A DNA stretch of 64,000 nucleotides from contig JBLNCQ010000070.1 in the NCBI GenBank assembly GCA_050260815.1, positions 10,518 to 74,517 of the forward strand, in the 5' to 3' direction. Within the stretch, counting starts at the first letter, position 1. Each line of letters begins with the position of its first letter. Below, in pieces: positions 29,433 through 40,227 of the stretch. Position numbers and translations under genes: made by a program. The DNA comes from Bacillota bacterium. Its GTDB lineage: Bacteria; Bacillota; Sulfobacillia; JAMDAP01. The notes under the pieces are model-generated. The model did not search any database. It was not told the origin of the DNA and saw only the letters and a list, made by a program, of their open reading frames with translations.

Positions 29433-30635
29433 TCACTCGTAACGCAAAGCCTCAATGGGATCCAGGCGCGAGGCCTTGTTCGCCGGGTAGACGCCAAACA
29501 CCACGCCTACAATCAGCGAGAAGAAGAACGCCAGGGCGACGGACCAGACCGACACCAACCCCGGCAGTCCGGCCAGCTTGCTGATCAGGAAAACCAGCAG
29601 GCCGCCGAACAAGATGCCAATGATGCCGCCCACCACCGAGACCACCACGGCCTCAATCAGGAACTGCCAGAGCAGGTCCTGGCGGGTGGCACCAATGGCC
29701 TTGCGCAGGCCGATCTCGCGGGTGCGCTCGGTCACGGACACCAGCATGATGTTCATGATGCCGATGCCGCCCACCAGCAGGGCAATGGCGGCCACGCCGG
29801 CCACCACGGAGGTCAGGATGTTGGTCACGGACTTCACCGACTGGACGATGGTGTCCATGCTCATGACCTCAAACTTGTCCTTGCCGCGCTGCTTGTCGAT
29901 GGCGGCCTTCAGGTCCTCGACCACCTTGTCGGTCTGGCGGGTGTCGGCCGGCTGGACGTAGACCACCATGATGTCCTCGGTGCCCACAATGCGGCGCGCC
30001 GTGGTGTAGGGGATGTAGACCGTGTACTGGCCGTTGGCGGAGTCGCCGGTCATGGCCATCATGCCCGTGTCCTTCTTGAGCACACCCACCACCGTGTAGG
30101 GAATGCCGTTCAGGTGCACCGTCTGGCCCACGCCCTTGCCGGCGCCGTAGAACTTCTCCGATACGCCGGAGCCAATCACGGCCACTTTGGCGGACCCGTC
30201 CACGTCCAGCTTGCTCAGGAAGCGGCCGGACTCCACCTTGACGTTGCGGACCTCGCCGTAGCCTGCGGCCACGCCCATGACGCCGGCGTCCATGGATTCA
30301 CTGCCGTGCTTGGCGGTGACGTTGACGCGGATCTCCGGCGAGTAGTCCTTGACGCCGGGCACCGAGGCAATGACCGGAAGGTCCTCCGGCTTGAGCATCT
30401 CCATCTTGGTGAAGTCCACGGTCTTGGTGGGGTCGAACTTGGGCTGGACCCAGACCATGCCGGCGCCCACGCCCTCGATCTCCTTGATGACCATGGCCTG
30501 GCCGCCCTGGCCGATGGCCACGACGGCAATGACTGCGCCCACGCCAATGATGATCCCCAGCATGGTGAGGAAGGAGCGCATCTTGTTGGCGCGCAGGGCG
30601 TCGAAGGCGATGGCAAAGCTCTCGAGGAAACTCAT
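29433..30635 (-). CDS. ABC transporter permease, MacB/FtsX family
   Basis: 400 aa. N-terminal TM ([23 protein letters not shown]), a large extracytoplasmic domain, then 3 C-terminal TM. Typical MacB/FtsX. Confidence 0.85.
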   Translation of the reverse strand: MSFLESFAIAFDALRANKMRSFLTMLGIIIGVGAVIAVVAIGQGGQAMVIKEIEGVGAGMVWVQPKFDPTKTVDFTKMEMLKPEDLPVIASVPGVKDYSPEIRVNVTAKHGSESMDAGVMGVAAGYGEVRNVKVESGRFLSKLDVDGSAKVAVIGSGVSEKFYGAGKGVGQTVHLNGIPYTVVGVLKKDTGMMAMTGDSANGQYTVYIPYTTARRIVGTEDIMVVYVQPADTRQTDKVVEDLKAAIDKQRGKDKFEVMSMDTIVQSVKSVTNILTSVVAGVAAIALLVGGIGIMNIMLVSVTERTREIGLRKAIGATRQDLLWQFLIEAVVVSVVGGIIGILFGGLLVFLISKLAGLPGLVSVWSVALAFFFSLIVGVVFGVYPANKASRLDPIEALRYE

Positions 30636-31471
30636 ACTCCCTCCACCCCCTGTTCGCGCGCAGCGGCCGTTTCGGCCTTGGCGGCTCCGTTCCCGTTGAC
30701 TCCGTTCTGCGGCCCCAGCAGGTCGGCCGCGGCGGGCATGGTCTTGAGCAGGGCGGCGGCATCCAGGGGTTCATCCACCGGCTCGTCGCCCACCACGCGG
30801 GCGTCGCGGACGTAGATGACCCGCTTGGCGTGCCTGGCGATGTCCGGCTCGTGGGTGACCACCAGCAGGGTCACGCCCTCCCGGTTGAGCCGCTGAAAGA
30901 TGGCCATGATCTCCTCGCCGGAGCGGCTGTCCAGGTTGCCGGTGGGCTCGTCGGCCAGGAGGATGTCCGGCTCGTTGACCAGGGCGCGGGCGATGGCCAC
31001 GCGCTGCTTCTGGCCGCCGGACAGCTCGTTGGGCTTGTGGTGCACGCGCTCCGCCAGGCCCACGCGCTCCAGGGCCTCCATGGCCCGGCGGCGGCGCTCC
31101 GCGGCACCCACCCGAGCGTAGATGAGGGGCTGCTCCACGTTGCGCAGGGCGCTCATGCGGGGCAGCAGGTTGAACGTCTGAAAGACGAACCCGATCTTGC
31201 GGTTGCGGACGGCGGCCAGCTCCTGCTCCGACTTCTGCGAGACCAGCTCCCCGCCCAGGAAGTACCGGCCGGAGGTGGGCCGGTCCAGGCAGCCCAGGAT
31301 GTTCATCAGGGTGGACTTGCCTGACCCGGACGGGCCCATTATGGCAACGAACTCGCCCCGCGTCACCGTGAGGCTCACGTCCGCCAGGCCCACCACCTGG
31401 ATGGCGCCGGTGTCATACACCTTACCCAGGCGGTCCAGGCGGATCATCACGTCGTTTGCCGGAGAGGTCAT
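30632..31471 (-). CDS. ABC transporter ATP-binding protein (MacB/LolD-type)
   Basis: Walker [10 protein letters not shown], signature [15 protein letters not shown], Walker [13 protein letters not shown]. It overlaps both neighbours by 4 nt. Confidence 0.9.
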   Translation of the reverse strand: MTSPANDVMIRLDRLGKVYDTGAIQVVGLADVSLTVTRGEFVAIMGPSGSGKSTLMNILGCLDRPTSGRYFLGGELVSQKSEQELAAVRNRKIGFVFQTFNLLPRMSALRNVEQPLIYARVGAAERRRRAMEALERVGLAERVHHKPNELSGGQKQRVAIARALVNEPDILLADEPTGNLDSRSGEEIMAIFQRLNREGVTLLVVTHEPDIARHAKRVIYVRDARVVGDEPVDEPLDAAALLKTMPAAADLLGPQNGVNGNGAAKAETAAAREQGVEGV

Positions 31472-33045
31472 TTCTGCACCTTCACCCTGTCGCCGTCCTT
31501 AAGTTTGGCCAGCACGTCGGAGGGGCCGGTGACAACCTGCTCGCCTTCCTTGATACCTTCGGTGATCTCCACGTGCGTCTGGGTCATGATGCCGGTGGTG
31601 ACCTTGCGCTGGTGGACAACAGAGCCGTCCAGGACGAAGACGACCTTCTCGCCGCCGCGGTCCAGCACCGCCTCCAGGGGCAGGGCCAGCGCCGCGTCCT
31701 TCTGGTTGGAGCTAATCTCCACGTCCACATTCATGCCGGGCTTCAGCAGGTCGTCCGGATTCTTCACGGTGATCTCAGCGATGAAGACCGAGATGTTGCC
31801 GTCCCGGACCGCGCGGGGGGCAAGCTTGGTTACCGTTCCCTCGAAGACCTGGCCCAGGTACGCCGCGGACGTGATCTTCGCCTTCTGGCCAACGGCCACC
31901 TTGCCGATGTCCACCTCGTCAACCTTGGCCTTGACCACCAGGTCATGGGTGGCGCCGATGGTGAACAGCGGCGTGCCCGGGGCGACGATGTCGCCCTCCT
32001 TTACATAGACAGCCAGGACCTTGCCGTCGATGGGCGAGAGGATGTCGGGCGTCTTGTAGTCCTCCAGGGCCTGCTGGTAGGCGGCCTCAGCGGAGCGGGC
32101 CGCGGCCTGGGCGGCGGCCACGTCGTCGTCCGTGGTCTGCGTAAGCTGATGCTGCAGCTTGACCTGGTCGAGGGCGGCCTGCGCGTCATCCAACTGGGCT
32201 TGCGCCAGGGCAATCTGCCGCTCGGCACCACCGTTCTTCAACTGGTCAAGCTGATCCCTGGCGGTGTCTACCCGGTTCTGGGCCTGCAGCAACTGGTCGG
32301 CGATGGTCTTGTCCTGATTCGCCAGCGCGTCCTGGATCTTCTCCACATTGTCCCGCGCCTGCACCAGCGACTGGTAGGCCGCCAGGTAGGCTGAGCTGCC
32401 GTAGACCTCGCCGCCCTTGTTCTGGTTGAAGGCCATCTGCGCGTTGTCCAGGACCTTCTGGGCTTCCGCTAGGTCCTCCGCCGTCACGCGGCCCTGCTCC
32501 AGCTCCTGCTTCAGCAGATCGAAGGCGGCCTCGGCATCCTTGAGAGCCCGGTCAGCCTGTGCCGACTGCGCGGAGGTGTCCTGCGTCGCCTGCTCAAAGG
32601 AGAGGCGCGCAGACGCCAGGTGCCGCTCAGCGGCGGCCAAGTCCTGGGCGTATTGCTGGGGGTCCAGTTCACGCTTGCGAGCGACCTGCGTCGCCTGGGC
32701 GCGGGCCTGAGCCGCCGCGGACTCCGCTTTGGCGAGCTGGGCCGTGACTTCACCGGCCGCATACGAGCCGAGGACATCGCCCGCCTCGACCTCGTCGCCT
32801 TCCTTTGCGGTCTGGTGGGCAAACGTCGCGGCAAGCTTGGCCTTGACGTCGACCTGGTCCAGGCCTTCGGTGTAGCCCGTAGCTGTAACCGTCGTGGTGA
32901 GGGCGGTTGTGATCACCCCCTGCGTCTGAACGGCCATACCGGCCTGAGCACTCCGGCTGCGGAGTGCCGCGAGTCCCACGAATGCGCCCGCCAGAAGAAT
33001 AAGGGCGGTCGGCACAATTATTTTGGGGTTGCGCACCAGGTTCAT
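31468..33045 (-). CDS. efflux membrane-fusion protein (HlyD/MacA family periplasmic adaptor)
   Basis: 525 aa. N-terminal TM, a long coiled-coil, and a C-terminal beta-barrel/lipoyl-like region. An AGGAGG RBS is present. Confidence 0.8.
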   Translation of the reverse strand: MNLVRNPKIIVPTALILLAGAFVGLAALRSRSAQAGMAVQTQGVITTALTTTVTATGYTEGLDQVDVKAKLAATFAHQTAKEGDEVEAGDVLGSYAAGEVTAQLAKAESAAAQARAQATQVARKRELDPQQYAQDLAAAERHLASARLSFEQATQDTSAQSAQADRALKDAEAAFDLLKQELEQGRVTAEDLAEAQKVLDNAQMAFNQNKGGEVYGSSAYLAAYQSLVQARDNVEKIQDALANQDKTIADQLLQAQNRVDTARDQLDQLKNGGAERQIALAQAQLDDAQAALDQVKLQHQLTQTTDDDVAAAQAAARSAEAAYQQALEDYKTPDILSPIDGKVLAVYVKEGDIVAPGTPLFTIGATHDLVVKAKVDEVDIGKVAVGQKAKITSAAYLGQVFEGTVTKLAPRAVRDGNISVFIAEITVKNPDDLLKPGMNVDVEISSNQKDAALALPLEAVLDRGGEKVVFVLDGSVVHQRKVTTGIMTQTHVEITEGIKEGEQVVTGPSDVLAKLKDGDRVKVQK

Positions 33046-33174
33046 AACTGCCTCCTACAGATGTAGCCTTGGAGTGAGTTACACGTACGAGTATACGGCT
33101 GTCGGCGTCAAAAAGTCTGCCAAAAACCCGCTTTCCCAAGGCTTCACTCTTTACGGGCGTGACGCGCCTGTCGC

Positions 33175-33204
33175 TTGACCCGTCCTATGCCGGTCCGCTA
33201 TCCT
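33175..33204 (+). promoter_or_regulatory. sigma-A-type promoter candidate for 33242 gene
   Basis: TTGACC - 18 nt - TATCCT. Confidence 0.4.
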
Positions 33205-33241
33205 CGAGGCGGACACATTCCGATATCGTAAGGAGGCACTT

Positions 33242-33616
33242 GTGTATTCCATCATCTCTGGCATCTATCTCGTGCTCGCGTTGGTGCAGGTTTTCGTCTA
33301 TCTCTGGGCTGCATCTACCTACAAGAAGGGGTGGGTCTGGGCCGCGGCGTTATTAGCCTTGCTACACGTGGTGCTGCTCATGACACCGGACATGGATCTG
33401 GTCAAGTTCATCGTTGGCCTGAACCTGCCGGGGGACCTGCCTCTCTACCTGTCTTCGGCCCTTTACGTGCCTTCCCGGTGGGGTGTAGCGACCTACGGTG
33501 TGCTGACGGTACTGCCCTTCGTGTTGGCCCGGCCTTGGGCGTGGGGAGCCCCTCGCGGGGGCAGCGCCCACGTGCGAGGAGTCGCAAGTAGCGATAACCA
33601 CGCCAGCAACAGATAA
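33242..33616 (+). CDS. small hydrophobic membrane protein, unknown function
   Basis: 124 aa. GTG start preceded by a strong RBS (AAGGAGG, 6 nt spacing). 3-4 TM. Confidence 0.6.
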   Translation: MYSIISGIYLVLALVQVFVYLWAASTYKKGWVWAAALLALLHVVLLMTPDMDLVKFIVGLNLPGDLPLYLSSALYVPSRWGVATYGVLTVLPFVLARPWAWGAPRGGSAHVRGVASSDNHASNR

Positions 33617-33797
33617 GGAGGTCCTCGTTCCGCTGCGGCCTGTCTGTTCTTCATTCTTGGGGTGGTAGCTTCGAAGCGAACCGTAATAGCCAGCTGACCG
33701 GAGGCCATAAGGTCCACGGCCTCCCTTGTCAAAGGCTGCCAACGAAATGCAAAACTGGGGAGCACCAGAGGTGCTCCCCAGTCTCGTGTTAGGCCTG

Positions 33798-36221
33798 CTA
33801 CTCGACGATCACGATCGCCACGACGATACCATCGCCGTCCACGTACACCTTGACCGAGTTATCAGTCGAGATGTTAGCGAACTCGGTGGCACCCGGCGTG
33901 GAGCCCGTGTAATCGAACACCTGAGTGTCCTCAGTCGCAGTCACAGGATCGCCGGTAGTCGGGTAGACGACCAGGTTGGTGGCGTCCACAGAATCGACAG
34001 TGATCGGGGCAGGATCAGCAAACTCACTGAGGTTCGAGATCTCAGTGCCGTCTGCAAAGAAGCTGATTACATCGCCCACTGCCAAATCGTCATAATCGCC
34101 GCTGGCAACCTCGTAATCCTTCGAGGCGCCCTCAGAGATAACGGAGACAAAGTAGCCATCGGCGGTCCGGTAACGACCGGAGACGATGCCGACCTTGTCG
34201 GTGGCGGCGGCGATGTCACCCTTGACCACGATGGTGCCGACAACGATGCTGTCGGTCTTCAAGGTGATCGCGGCGCTGACAGTCGAACCATCCTTCGCAG
34301 CTTCGAGTTCCGCCCGGGTCAGGACAGCGAAACTCGTGCCGTCAGCGGACTCCTGGAAAATCGGAGTGCTGCTGCCAAGTGCGTAAACCGCATTAGTGAC
34401 AGTATCCTGCAGAGTGTGGTTGTCCTTCTTAACGTTGTACGTGGTGGGGCTGTCCACATCAGCATACAGGCTGATCTCATCAATTGCACCGTCGGAGTCG
34501 ACGGTGTAGCCAATAACGGTACCAGCCTTGTTCGTCAGGGCAGCCTGAGCAGATGCAAAGCCAGCGTCGTAGTCGACCGTGTTGCCATCAACATCAGCCT
34601 TGTTGGCGATCTTCAGCGTCGCCTTGGTACCATCGGACTTCAGCACCTTGACGTACATGACCTGGCCGTCCGTGGTGGTAACCACGAGCGGAGCCTCAGC
34701 CGTCAGGAGCGCATAGGCCTTAGTCGGGGCAGCCGCGGCATCAACTGCAACGACCTTGCCATCCTTGTTCAGGTAGACCGTGGTGGTCTCACCAAGCGAG
34801 GAATCAAAATCGTTGGGATCAAGCTTGGCACCATCAGCCTCAGCCGACTGGTCAGCAGCCTTATAGGCAGTCCCGTCGATATAGAAGGAAGAGGACGTGA
34901 TCTTCGTCAGCTCGCCCTTCTTGGCATTACGGGTAACTACCACGAGGTAGCTGTTGTCAGTGGCGCTGATCTTCGCGTATTGGACAACGTCGCCAGCCTT
35001 GATGTCCTCGAACTTGGTGGCAGCGCCAGAGTAGGTGACGCTTTCACCGTCTAGAGTGATGGACTTGCCATTCTCGAAGTACACACGGGTGTAGGTCGAG
35101 CTCGTCTTGTCAACAAGACCAGTCTCGTAGCCGATGCCAACAACATAAGACACGCTACGACCGTCGTAGATCACAGCGATCTCGTCGCCAGCCTCGAAGG
35201 CACTGACGCCGCCCTCAGTCGCGAAGTTGCGGACGTACGTGGTTTCCGCGGGCAGAGTGACCTTGACGTTATCATCCGTGACGGAGATGCCGTCGGTGAT
35301 TCCATCGGCGGGGCTAGTATCAACTACGGTACCGGTCTTGATGCTGGTGGACGGAGTCTTGTCCTCGACAAAGAAGACGCTACCGTCCTTGCCAGTCCAA
35401 GCCTTCACCTTGTGGCCAAGGAGGCGAGCAACATCGACGCTGCCAAGGTCCAGAACCTCGTCACCATCAGCGGTGGCGACGGTAATGGTGGCATCAAGAG
35501 AGCCGTCAAGGCCCGGGACGGACGTCAGCGTGCCTTCGTAAGCGGTGGCGCCCAGGGCAGTGTTCAGCAGGTTCTTGCCCTCGGCGATCTTGTAGGTGAT
35601 CTGGCCGTTCGTAACGCCATCCTCAACCATCAGGTCGATGGTCAGGGAATTGTCGACGAACAGGGCCACGTCACCACGGGTCGCCGGAGCAGAGCCGCCG
35701 CCGGAGATGGCGACGCCGCTGCTAACGCCAATCTGAGCAGCCTTGGCGAGATAGTTTGCGGGCCAGATTCCCCGGCCTTCGGTCACCGGAGCATAACCCA
35801 GCATGCGAACGATGATCGTCAGAGCCTGAGCATAGGTGACCGGATCTTCCGGACCGAACTTACCGTCCGGATAACCGGCAATCAGACCCTGCTGGCTGGC
35901 CACGTTGATGTAGCCAGAAGCCCAGTAATCGGCAGCCACGTCAGAGAACTTGGTAGCGCCCTTGGCGAAGTTCGCCGCGGACTCGAGGCCAAGCGCACGG
36001 ACGGCGATAGCCGCAAACTGAGCGCGGGTAACGCTGTCCTTAACGCCGAAGTTGCCATCCGGATAACCGGTGACAATTCCGAGGGCGTTCAGGCGGGTAG
36101 CGGCAGCGGCGGTCTTGCTGTCAGTGATGTCCGGGAAGGACGTGGCAGCAAACGCAGTGCCGACCATGCCGAAGAGCATCGCGACCACGGTGATGGCCAC
36201 GAGCGCCTTCTTCAAAGTCAT
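33798..36221 (-). CDS. S-layer (SLH-domain) protein, probable major surface-layer protein
   Basis: 807 aa. Signal peptide MTLKKALVAITVVAMLFGMVGTAFA, then three SLH domains (FPDITDSKTAAAATRLNALGIVTGYPDGNFG..., FSDVAADYWASGYINVASQQGLIAGYPDGKFGP..., then IWPANYLAKAAQIGV). A long Thr/Val/Asp-rich beta region follows. RBS AAGGGGGA; about 800 bp of upstream leader. Confidence 0.85.
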   Translation of the reverse strand: MTLKKALVAITVVAMLFGMVGTAFAATSFPDITDSKTAAAATRLNALGIVTGYPDGNFGVKDSVTRAQFAAIAVRALGLESAANFAKGATKFSDVAADYWASGYINVASQQGLIAGYPDGKFGPEDPVTYAQALTIIVRMLGYAPVTEGRGIWPANYLAKAAQIGVSSGVAISGGGSAPATRGDVALFVDNSLTIDLMVEDGVTNGQITYKIAEGKNLLNTALGATAYEGTLTSVPGLDGSLDATITVATADGDEVLDLGSVDVARLLGHKVKAWTGKDGSVFFVEDKTPSTSIKTGTVVDTSPADGITDGISVTDDNVKVTLPAETTYVRNFATEGGVSAFEAGDEIAVIYDGRSVSYVVGIGYETGLVDKTSSTYTRVYFENGKSITLDGESVTYSGAATKFEDIKAGDVVQYAKISATDNSYLVVVTRNAKKGELTKITSSSFYIDGTAYKAADQSAEADGAKLDPNDFDSSLGETTTVYLNKDGKVVAVDAAAAPTKAYALLTAEAPLVVTTTDGQVMYVKVLKSDGTKATLKIANKADVDGNTVDYDAGFASAQAALTNKAGTVIGYTVDSDGAIDEISLYADVDSPTTYNVKKDNHTLQDTVTNAVYALGSSTPIFQESADGTSFAVLTRAELEAAKDGSTVSAAITLKTDSIVVGTIVVKGDIAAATDKVGIVSGRYRTADGYFVSVISEGASKDYEVASGDYDDLAVGDVISFFADGTEISNLSEFADPAPITVDSVDATNLVVYPTTGDPVTATEDTQVFDYTGSTPGATEFANISTDNSVKVYVDGDGIVVAIVIVE

Positions 36222-37035
36222 GTCTTCAAATCCCCCTTGTGATTTGGTCTTTCCTCGGTTCCCCGAGAAAAACGAAGCCTGTTGGACACTCCTACGCTAG
36301 TTGGGAGCATCACTCCTTTCACAGGAAAGCCTGTGAAACTTTATCATTCATACCTGCCAAAGGCATGTGCAGCGCACGCGTTGCAGATTCCTCTGAGAGG
36401 TTTGAAGGATTCATGACCTTGTGTTGCCTATTCAGCTTTCAAGGTGCGGGCCCTTGCGGGCCGGGGTCCGCCGTCCAGCGGCGGGTCTTGCGCCCTACTG
36501 AATGAGGGCTATGAGATCACGGGCTGGTTCACCGCCCTTGCAGGGGTGGCCCGGACCTGACGGGGTAACATAGTTCGGTGCCTGACAACCCTCTCCTGCT
36601 TTGGAGCCCCTAGAAAGTTTCGGAGCTTGTTGGCAAGATTTGTGGGCCATCCTGGGTCCTCTGCCTGTTCCTTTATAAACTGGCGTCCTTGCCCAAGCTG
36701 GAGGGCACCGTGGAGCCCCTGGCCGATCGGGACAGGGCCGTGGTCCTGGTTCCTTTCGACCAGCTTTTCCACAAATCCTCCCGGTTCTTGGGGCTTCGCC
36801 TTGTCGTCCGCCCCCGGGAGGCTATTCCTGGCCGACGGTAGATGGACGTTCGGTTCCCCCGATTTGTTCCCAACCGGCGAAGATTTTTCTTGGGTTTTTA
36901 AGGACAGCCTGTATTGGCAAGCCTTGGACCCCTTTGGTAGAACCGGTAATCAGACGAAGCCCCGGCAAAGTTCCGGGGAGCGCCGACGTAGGTTGTTGCC
37001 AGCTCAGATTTGGCCAGCGGACGCCAAAAGGCGCT

Positions 37036-38348
37036 TCAGGATGACCACGGCCTCCGCTCGGGTGGCGTGCTCGGCCAGGGCAAACCGCCCCCGTCTCGCC
37101 CGCGCATCCAGCCGTTGGCCAGGGCGAGGGCAGCCGCCTCACGTGCCCAGGCGGACACGGCGGGCCCGTCGGCCATGCTGTGGAGCCTCGCCAGCGCCTG
37201 ATCCGGGTCCGTGGGGGGCATTCCGTACTTCGCCGCAGTCCGCTTGATCATCACCGCCATTTCCTGCCGGGTGATCGGTGCGTCCGGGCGGAACTGCCCG
37301 TCGGAGCCAAGGATCAGGCCTTCATGGGCTGCCGTGGAGACTGATCGGGCGTACCAGGCTGACGGCGCCACGTCGGCGAAGGGGCTCGGCCCCTGCGATT
37401 CCGCTAGCCCCAGGGCTCGCACCAGCAGGGCGGCAAACTGCGCGCGCGTGATGACCCCAGCGGGGTCGAACCGGCTGCCGTCGCCCCCACCGCGGGCGAT
37501 CTGGCGGGCGGCCATCATTTCCACGTCATCTTTGGCCCAATGGGCGGCCAAGTCGGCAAAAGACCGGGCGTACTCCAGCACGGCGTACTCGCTGAACGAC
37601 GGCGCGGTGAAGGTGATGGTTCGCGCCTGCGTATCCGCCCTCCCGCCGCGGTAGTCCCAGGCACCGGCCTCCTCGTTATAGCGGTACACGCCCAGTCTGG
37701 CGGGGTTGGAGCCGGGCGAGTAGGGGAGGGTGACCTGCAGGGGATGCCGGGGCAGCGAGACCAGGGACGCCGTCACTGCCGCTGGTCTCCAGCACCAGCA
37801 GGTACGCACCGCCCGCCGACGTGAGCCCTCCCCTGCGCGCCTCTTCCAGGCGGTCGGAGAGGGTTTCGGGGGCCTTGCCGATCACGACGTGGGGGCGGCG
37901 TCTGGACGTCGGCCATGGCCTCCTTGGGCAGGGCGAGCCTGGCGCCCAGCGCGGTCACAGTGACGGCCGCGCCCCTCTCCGCCAGTGCCTGCACCACCTC
38001 AGGCGGCAGGTCCACCGTGACGGTGTGGACCGCAGCGCGACCCGCAGGCGGGTCGGCGGGGATAGTCAGCATGCCGCCCGTTGCGCGGTCGGCTGCAAAC
38101 GACGCCAACGTTAAGGTGCCTTCCCTGCCCGTGTCGTCGAACGTCCAGGTTCCCAGAGGGGGCGGCTCGAAGGATCGGGACGGGCCGGCGGACGGCGAAG
38201 GCGTGGTGGATTGGGCGGTGGCGGTGAGCAAGCCCTGGTAGTCGCCGGTGTTGATGATGGCGGTCAGGGTGTACGGCTCCTCAAACGTGCCCGACGGGAT
38301 GGCCACCGTGCTGCTGCCCAGTTGGAGCAGCGTGCCGTTGAACATCAC
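37036..38348 (-). pseudogene. decayed SLH-domain protein gene (5'-truncated and frameshifted)
   Basis: Two overlapping ORFs in different frames, 37773..38348 (N-terminal part) and 37036..37809 (C-terminal part with SLH domains RFDPAGVITRAQFAALLVRALGL and FADVAPSAWYARSVSTAAHEGLILGSDGQFRPDAPITRQEMAV). No signal peptide. The protein-like in-frame sequence continues upstream of the first Met until a stop at about 38425, where the AT-rich insert begins. Confidence 0.5.
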
Positions 38349-38481
38349 GGCGCCGTTCTTGTCCTGGATCTGCAGCGTGGGCAGGACGGCGTTGTAGGAG
38401 GCGTCCAGCAGTGCAAGGTCGAAACTCTTGTTCGCTTTTCTCGTCTAAACTCTCGCGATAATTTCGTGGAGGTGCTTCAAA

Positions 38482-38679
38482 ATGCTTCGGCTGCTGGTGA
38501 GAGTCAGGGACAGCCAAACAATTGAAAAGCTTAAGGCCCTGGCAAAGATCACCTACATCTCGCAGTTGACCAACACGGTCGGGATTGAGGTGGCTTCTGA
38601 GGCGGCTGCAGCTAAGATAGCTAGGATCCAGGGTGTTCTGACGGTCGACGAAGATACTGAAGTGAGCATCTTAAAGTAG
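38482..38679 (+). CDS. small protein (65 aa), possible peptidase-inhibitor-I9/propeptide-like fold; unknown function
   Basis: RBS GGAGGTG 9 nt upstream of ATG. It has its own terminator and is embedded in an AT-rich segment (38400-38480) unlike the flanking DNA. IEKLKALAKITYISQLTNTVGIEVASEAAAAKIARIQGVLTVDEDTEV resembles the C-terminal half of subtilisin propeptide (I9) domains. Confidence 0.45.
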   Translation: MLRLLVRVRDSQTIEKLKALAKITYISQLTNTVGIEVASEAAAAKIARIQGVLTVDEDTEVSILK

Positions 38680-38702
38680 GTCGCCAAAGTCTTTGTTTGG
38701 CG

Positions 38703-38733
38703 GAGCCCAGGGTTGCCCTGGGCTCATTGTTTT
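38703..38733 (+). terminator. intrinsic terminator of the small gene
   Basis: GAGCCCAGGG ttg CCCTGGGCTC (10-bp stem) followed by ATTGTTTT. Confidence 0.55.
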
Positions 38734-38852
38734 CCCAGAGTCCTTACGGGGCGATCTGATGCAAATCCCGGGAGATCGCCACGGCCTCTGCCCGGCTGGC
38801 CGGTCCCCGGAGAGCGATGCGCCCGCCGTCCCGGCCCTTCATTGCGACTAGA

Positions 38853-38875
38853 AAGGGCGCCCGCTGGGGGCGCCC
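38853..38875 (-). terminator. GC-rich palindromic hairpin after the SLH gene (terminator or REP-like element)
   Basis: agggcgccc gctgg gggcgccct, 19 nt after the stop at 38894. It shares an identical 13-mer ggcgcccgctggg with the hairpin at 48082-48106. Confidence 0.35.
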
Positions 38876-38893
38876 TCTTGACCAGGGTCTGCG

Positions 38894-40111
38894 TTACGGT
38901 GTAGCAGTGGTCTCCACGGTGGTCGTGCCCGTCGCCGGCTGGACCGGGTTCACCGTCTCCTTTAGCTGCAGGAACCGCTCAATCAGGGCCGCGGCCTGGG
39001 CCCTGTCCGCCGGCAGGTTGGGCTGGAACGTGCCGTCGTCCATGCCCTTGATCAGGCCCAGCCTGGCCGCCAGCTCCACCGAGCCGCGGGCCCACTCGGG
39101 AACGCTGCTCGCATCCGTGAACTGGGTGGCGCCGCCCTGCTTCGCCAGGGCCTCGGCCTGGTCCTCCAGGCCCAGGGCCCGGATCAGCAGGACGGCCATC
39201 TGGGCGCGGGTGAGGGGCTGAGTGGGATCAAAGGCCTCGTCGTTATCGCCCTTGACGATGCCGTGGGACTCCGCCGCTCCAATGTATTGCGATGCCCAGA
39301 AGCCGTCGGGAAGGTCCTGAAAGCCCTTCATCGCCTGGTTGTCGGTGTTCAGGTTGGCCGCCAGCGACAGCATCTTGATGAACTGGGCGCCCTCCACCTT
39401 CTCCTGGGGCTGGAAGGTCCCGTCCGCCGTGCCGTTCACGATCCCCATGGCCACCAGCTTGGCGATGACGTCCTCGGCCCAGTTGCCCTTGACGTCGGTG
39501 AGCTTGGCCATGGCCGCGCCGGGCTTGACGATGCGCTTCTCGACCTCGCCCACCTTCTTGCCGCTGGCGTCGTAGACCGAGAGCTTGATGCTGTTCTTGC
39601 CCGGTTCCAGGGGCAGATCGGCCAGATTGAAGGTGCCGTCTGCGTTAACCGGCACGGTGAGGACCTGCTCGCCGCCCGCGTTCTCCACCTTGACCTTCAC
39701 GGTGTAGCCGTCCTTGACCAGACCGCTGATGTCGATGGCGGCGTCGCTAGTCACGGAGCCGTCCTGGGGAAGGGTGATGACAACGCCGTCCTCCATCTCC
39801 TCTTCCACTTCATCCAGAGCCTCGGCCTGGGCCTCGAGAGCGGCCTCCAGGGCATCGTCCTCTTCGTCGCTGCCCTGGTCGTCCGCCTCGTCCTCCGGCT
39901 CATCCTCGTCCTCCGCGTCCTGGTGGTCGTCTTCTTCGTCCAGGGTCGATGAAGAGGAGTCACCTTGCAGGGCCGGATCAGAGGGACCGGAACTGGTTGG
40001 GGTCACCGGGCTGGTGGCATCCGTCCCCGAGGCGCCGGCATAGGCCACGCTGGCATTCACCAGCAGCACCGCCAGGGCCACGGCGAGGAGCCGCATGATC
40101 CGCTTGCTCAT
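38894..40111 (-). CDS. SLH-domain surface protein with acidic N-terminal region and Ig-like domain
   Basis: 405 aa. Signal peptide, a D/E-rich low-complexity stretch, a beta-domain (TVKVKVENAGGEQVLTVPVNADGTFN), then three C-terminal SLH domains (LTDVKGNWAEDVIAKLVAMGIVNG..., FQDLPDGFWASQYIGAAESHGIVKG..., FTDASSVPEWARGSVELAARLGLIKG). Confidence 0.8.
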   Translation of the reverse strand: MSKRIMRLLAVALAVLLVNASVAYAGASGTDATSPVTPTSSGPSDPALQGDSSSSTLDEEDDHQDAEDEDEPEDEADDQGSDEEDDALEAALEAQAEALDEVEEEMEDGVVITLPQDGSVTSDAAIDISGLVKDGYTVKVKVENAGGEQVLTVPVNADGTFNLADLPLEPGKNSIKLSVYDASGKKVGEVEKRIVKPGAAMAKLTDVKGNWAEDVIAKLVAMGIVNGTADGTFQPQEKVEGAQFIKMLSLAANLNTDNQAMKGFQDLPDGFWASQYIGAAESHGIVKGDNDEAFDPTQPLTRAQMAVLLIRALGLEDQAEALAKQGGATQFTDASSVPEWARGSVELAARLGLIKGMDDGTFQPNLPADRAQAAALIERFLQLKETVNPVQPATGTTTVETTATP

Positions 40112-40227
40112 GTATCGTTCCTCCCTTTACCCTCCCATACGGGTGGGTGGCCGGGGTTTCGGGGGGTACCCCTGGGGTCGGTCCCCGCCTCCCGAGGGCC
40201 GAGCCTGCTCCCCCGACGCCGGCACAG

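Noticed and set aside
29379-30815. 478-aa plus-strand ORF
   Set aside because: Antisense to the MacB-type permease/ATPase genes; H/G/D/A-rich nonsense composition.
36627-37247. 206-aa plus-strand ORF in the S-layer gene leader
   Set aside because: W/P/R/S-rich composition with no RBS; the region is better explained as a long 5' leader or promoter region of the S-layer gene.
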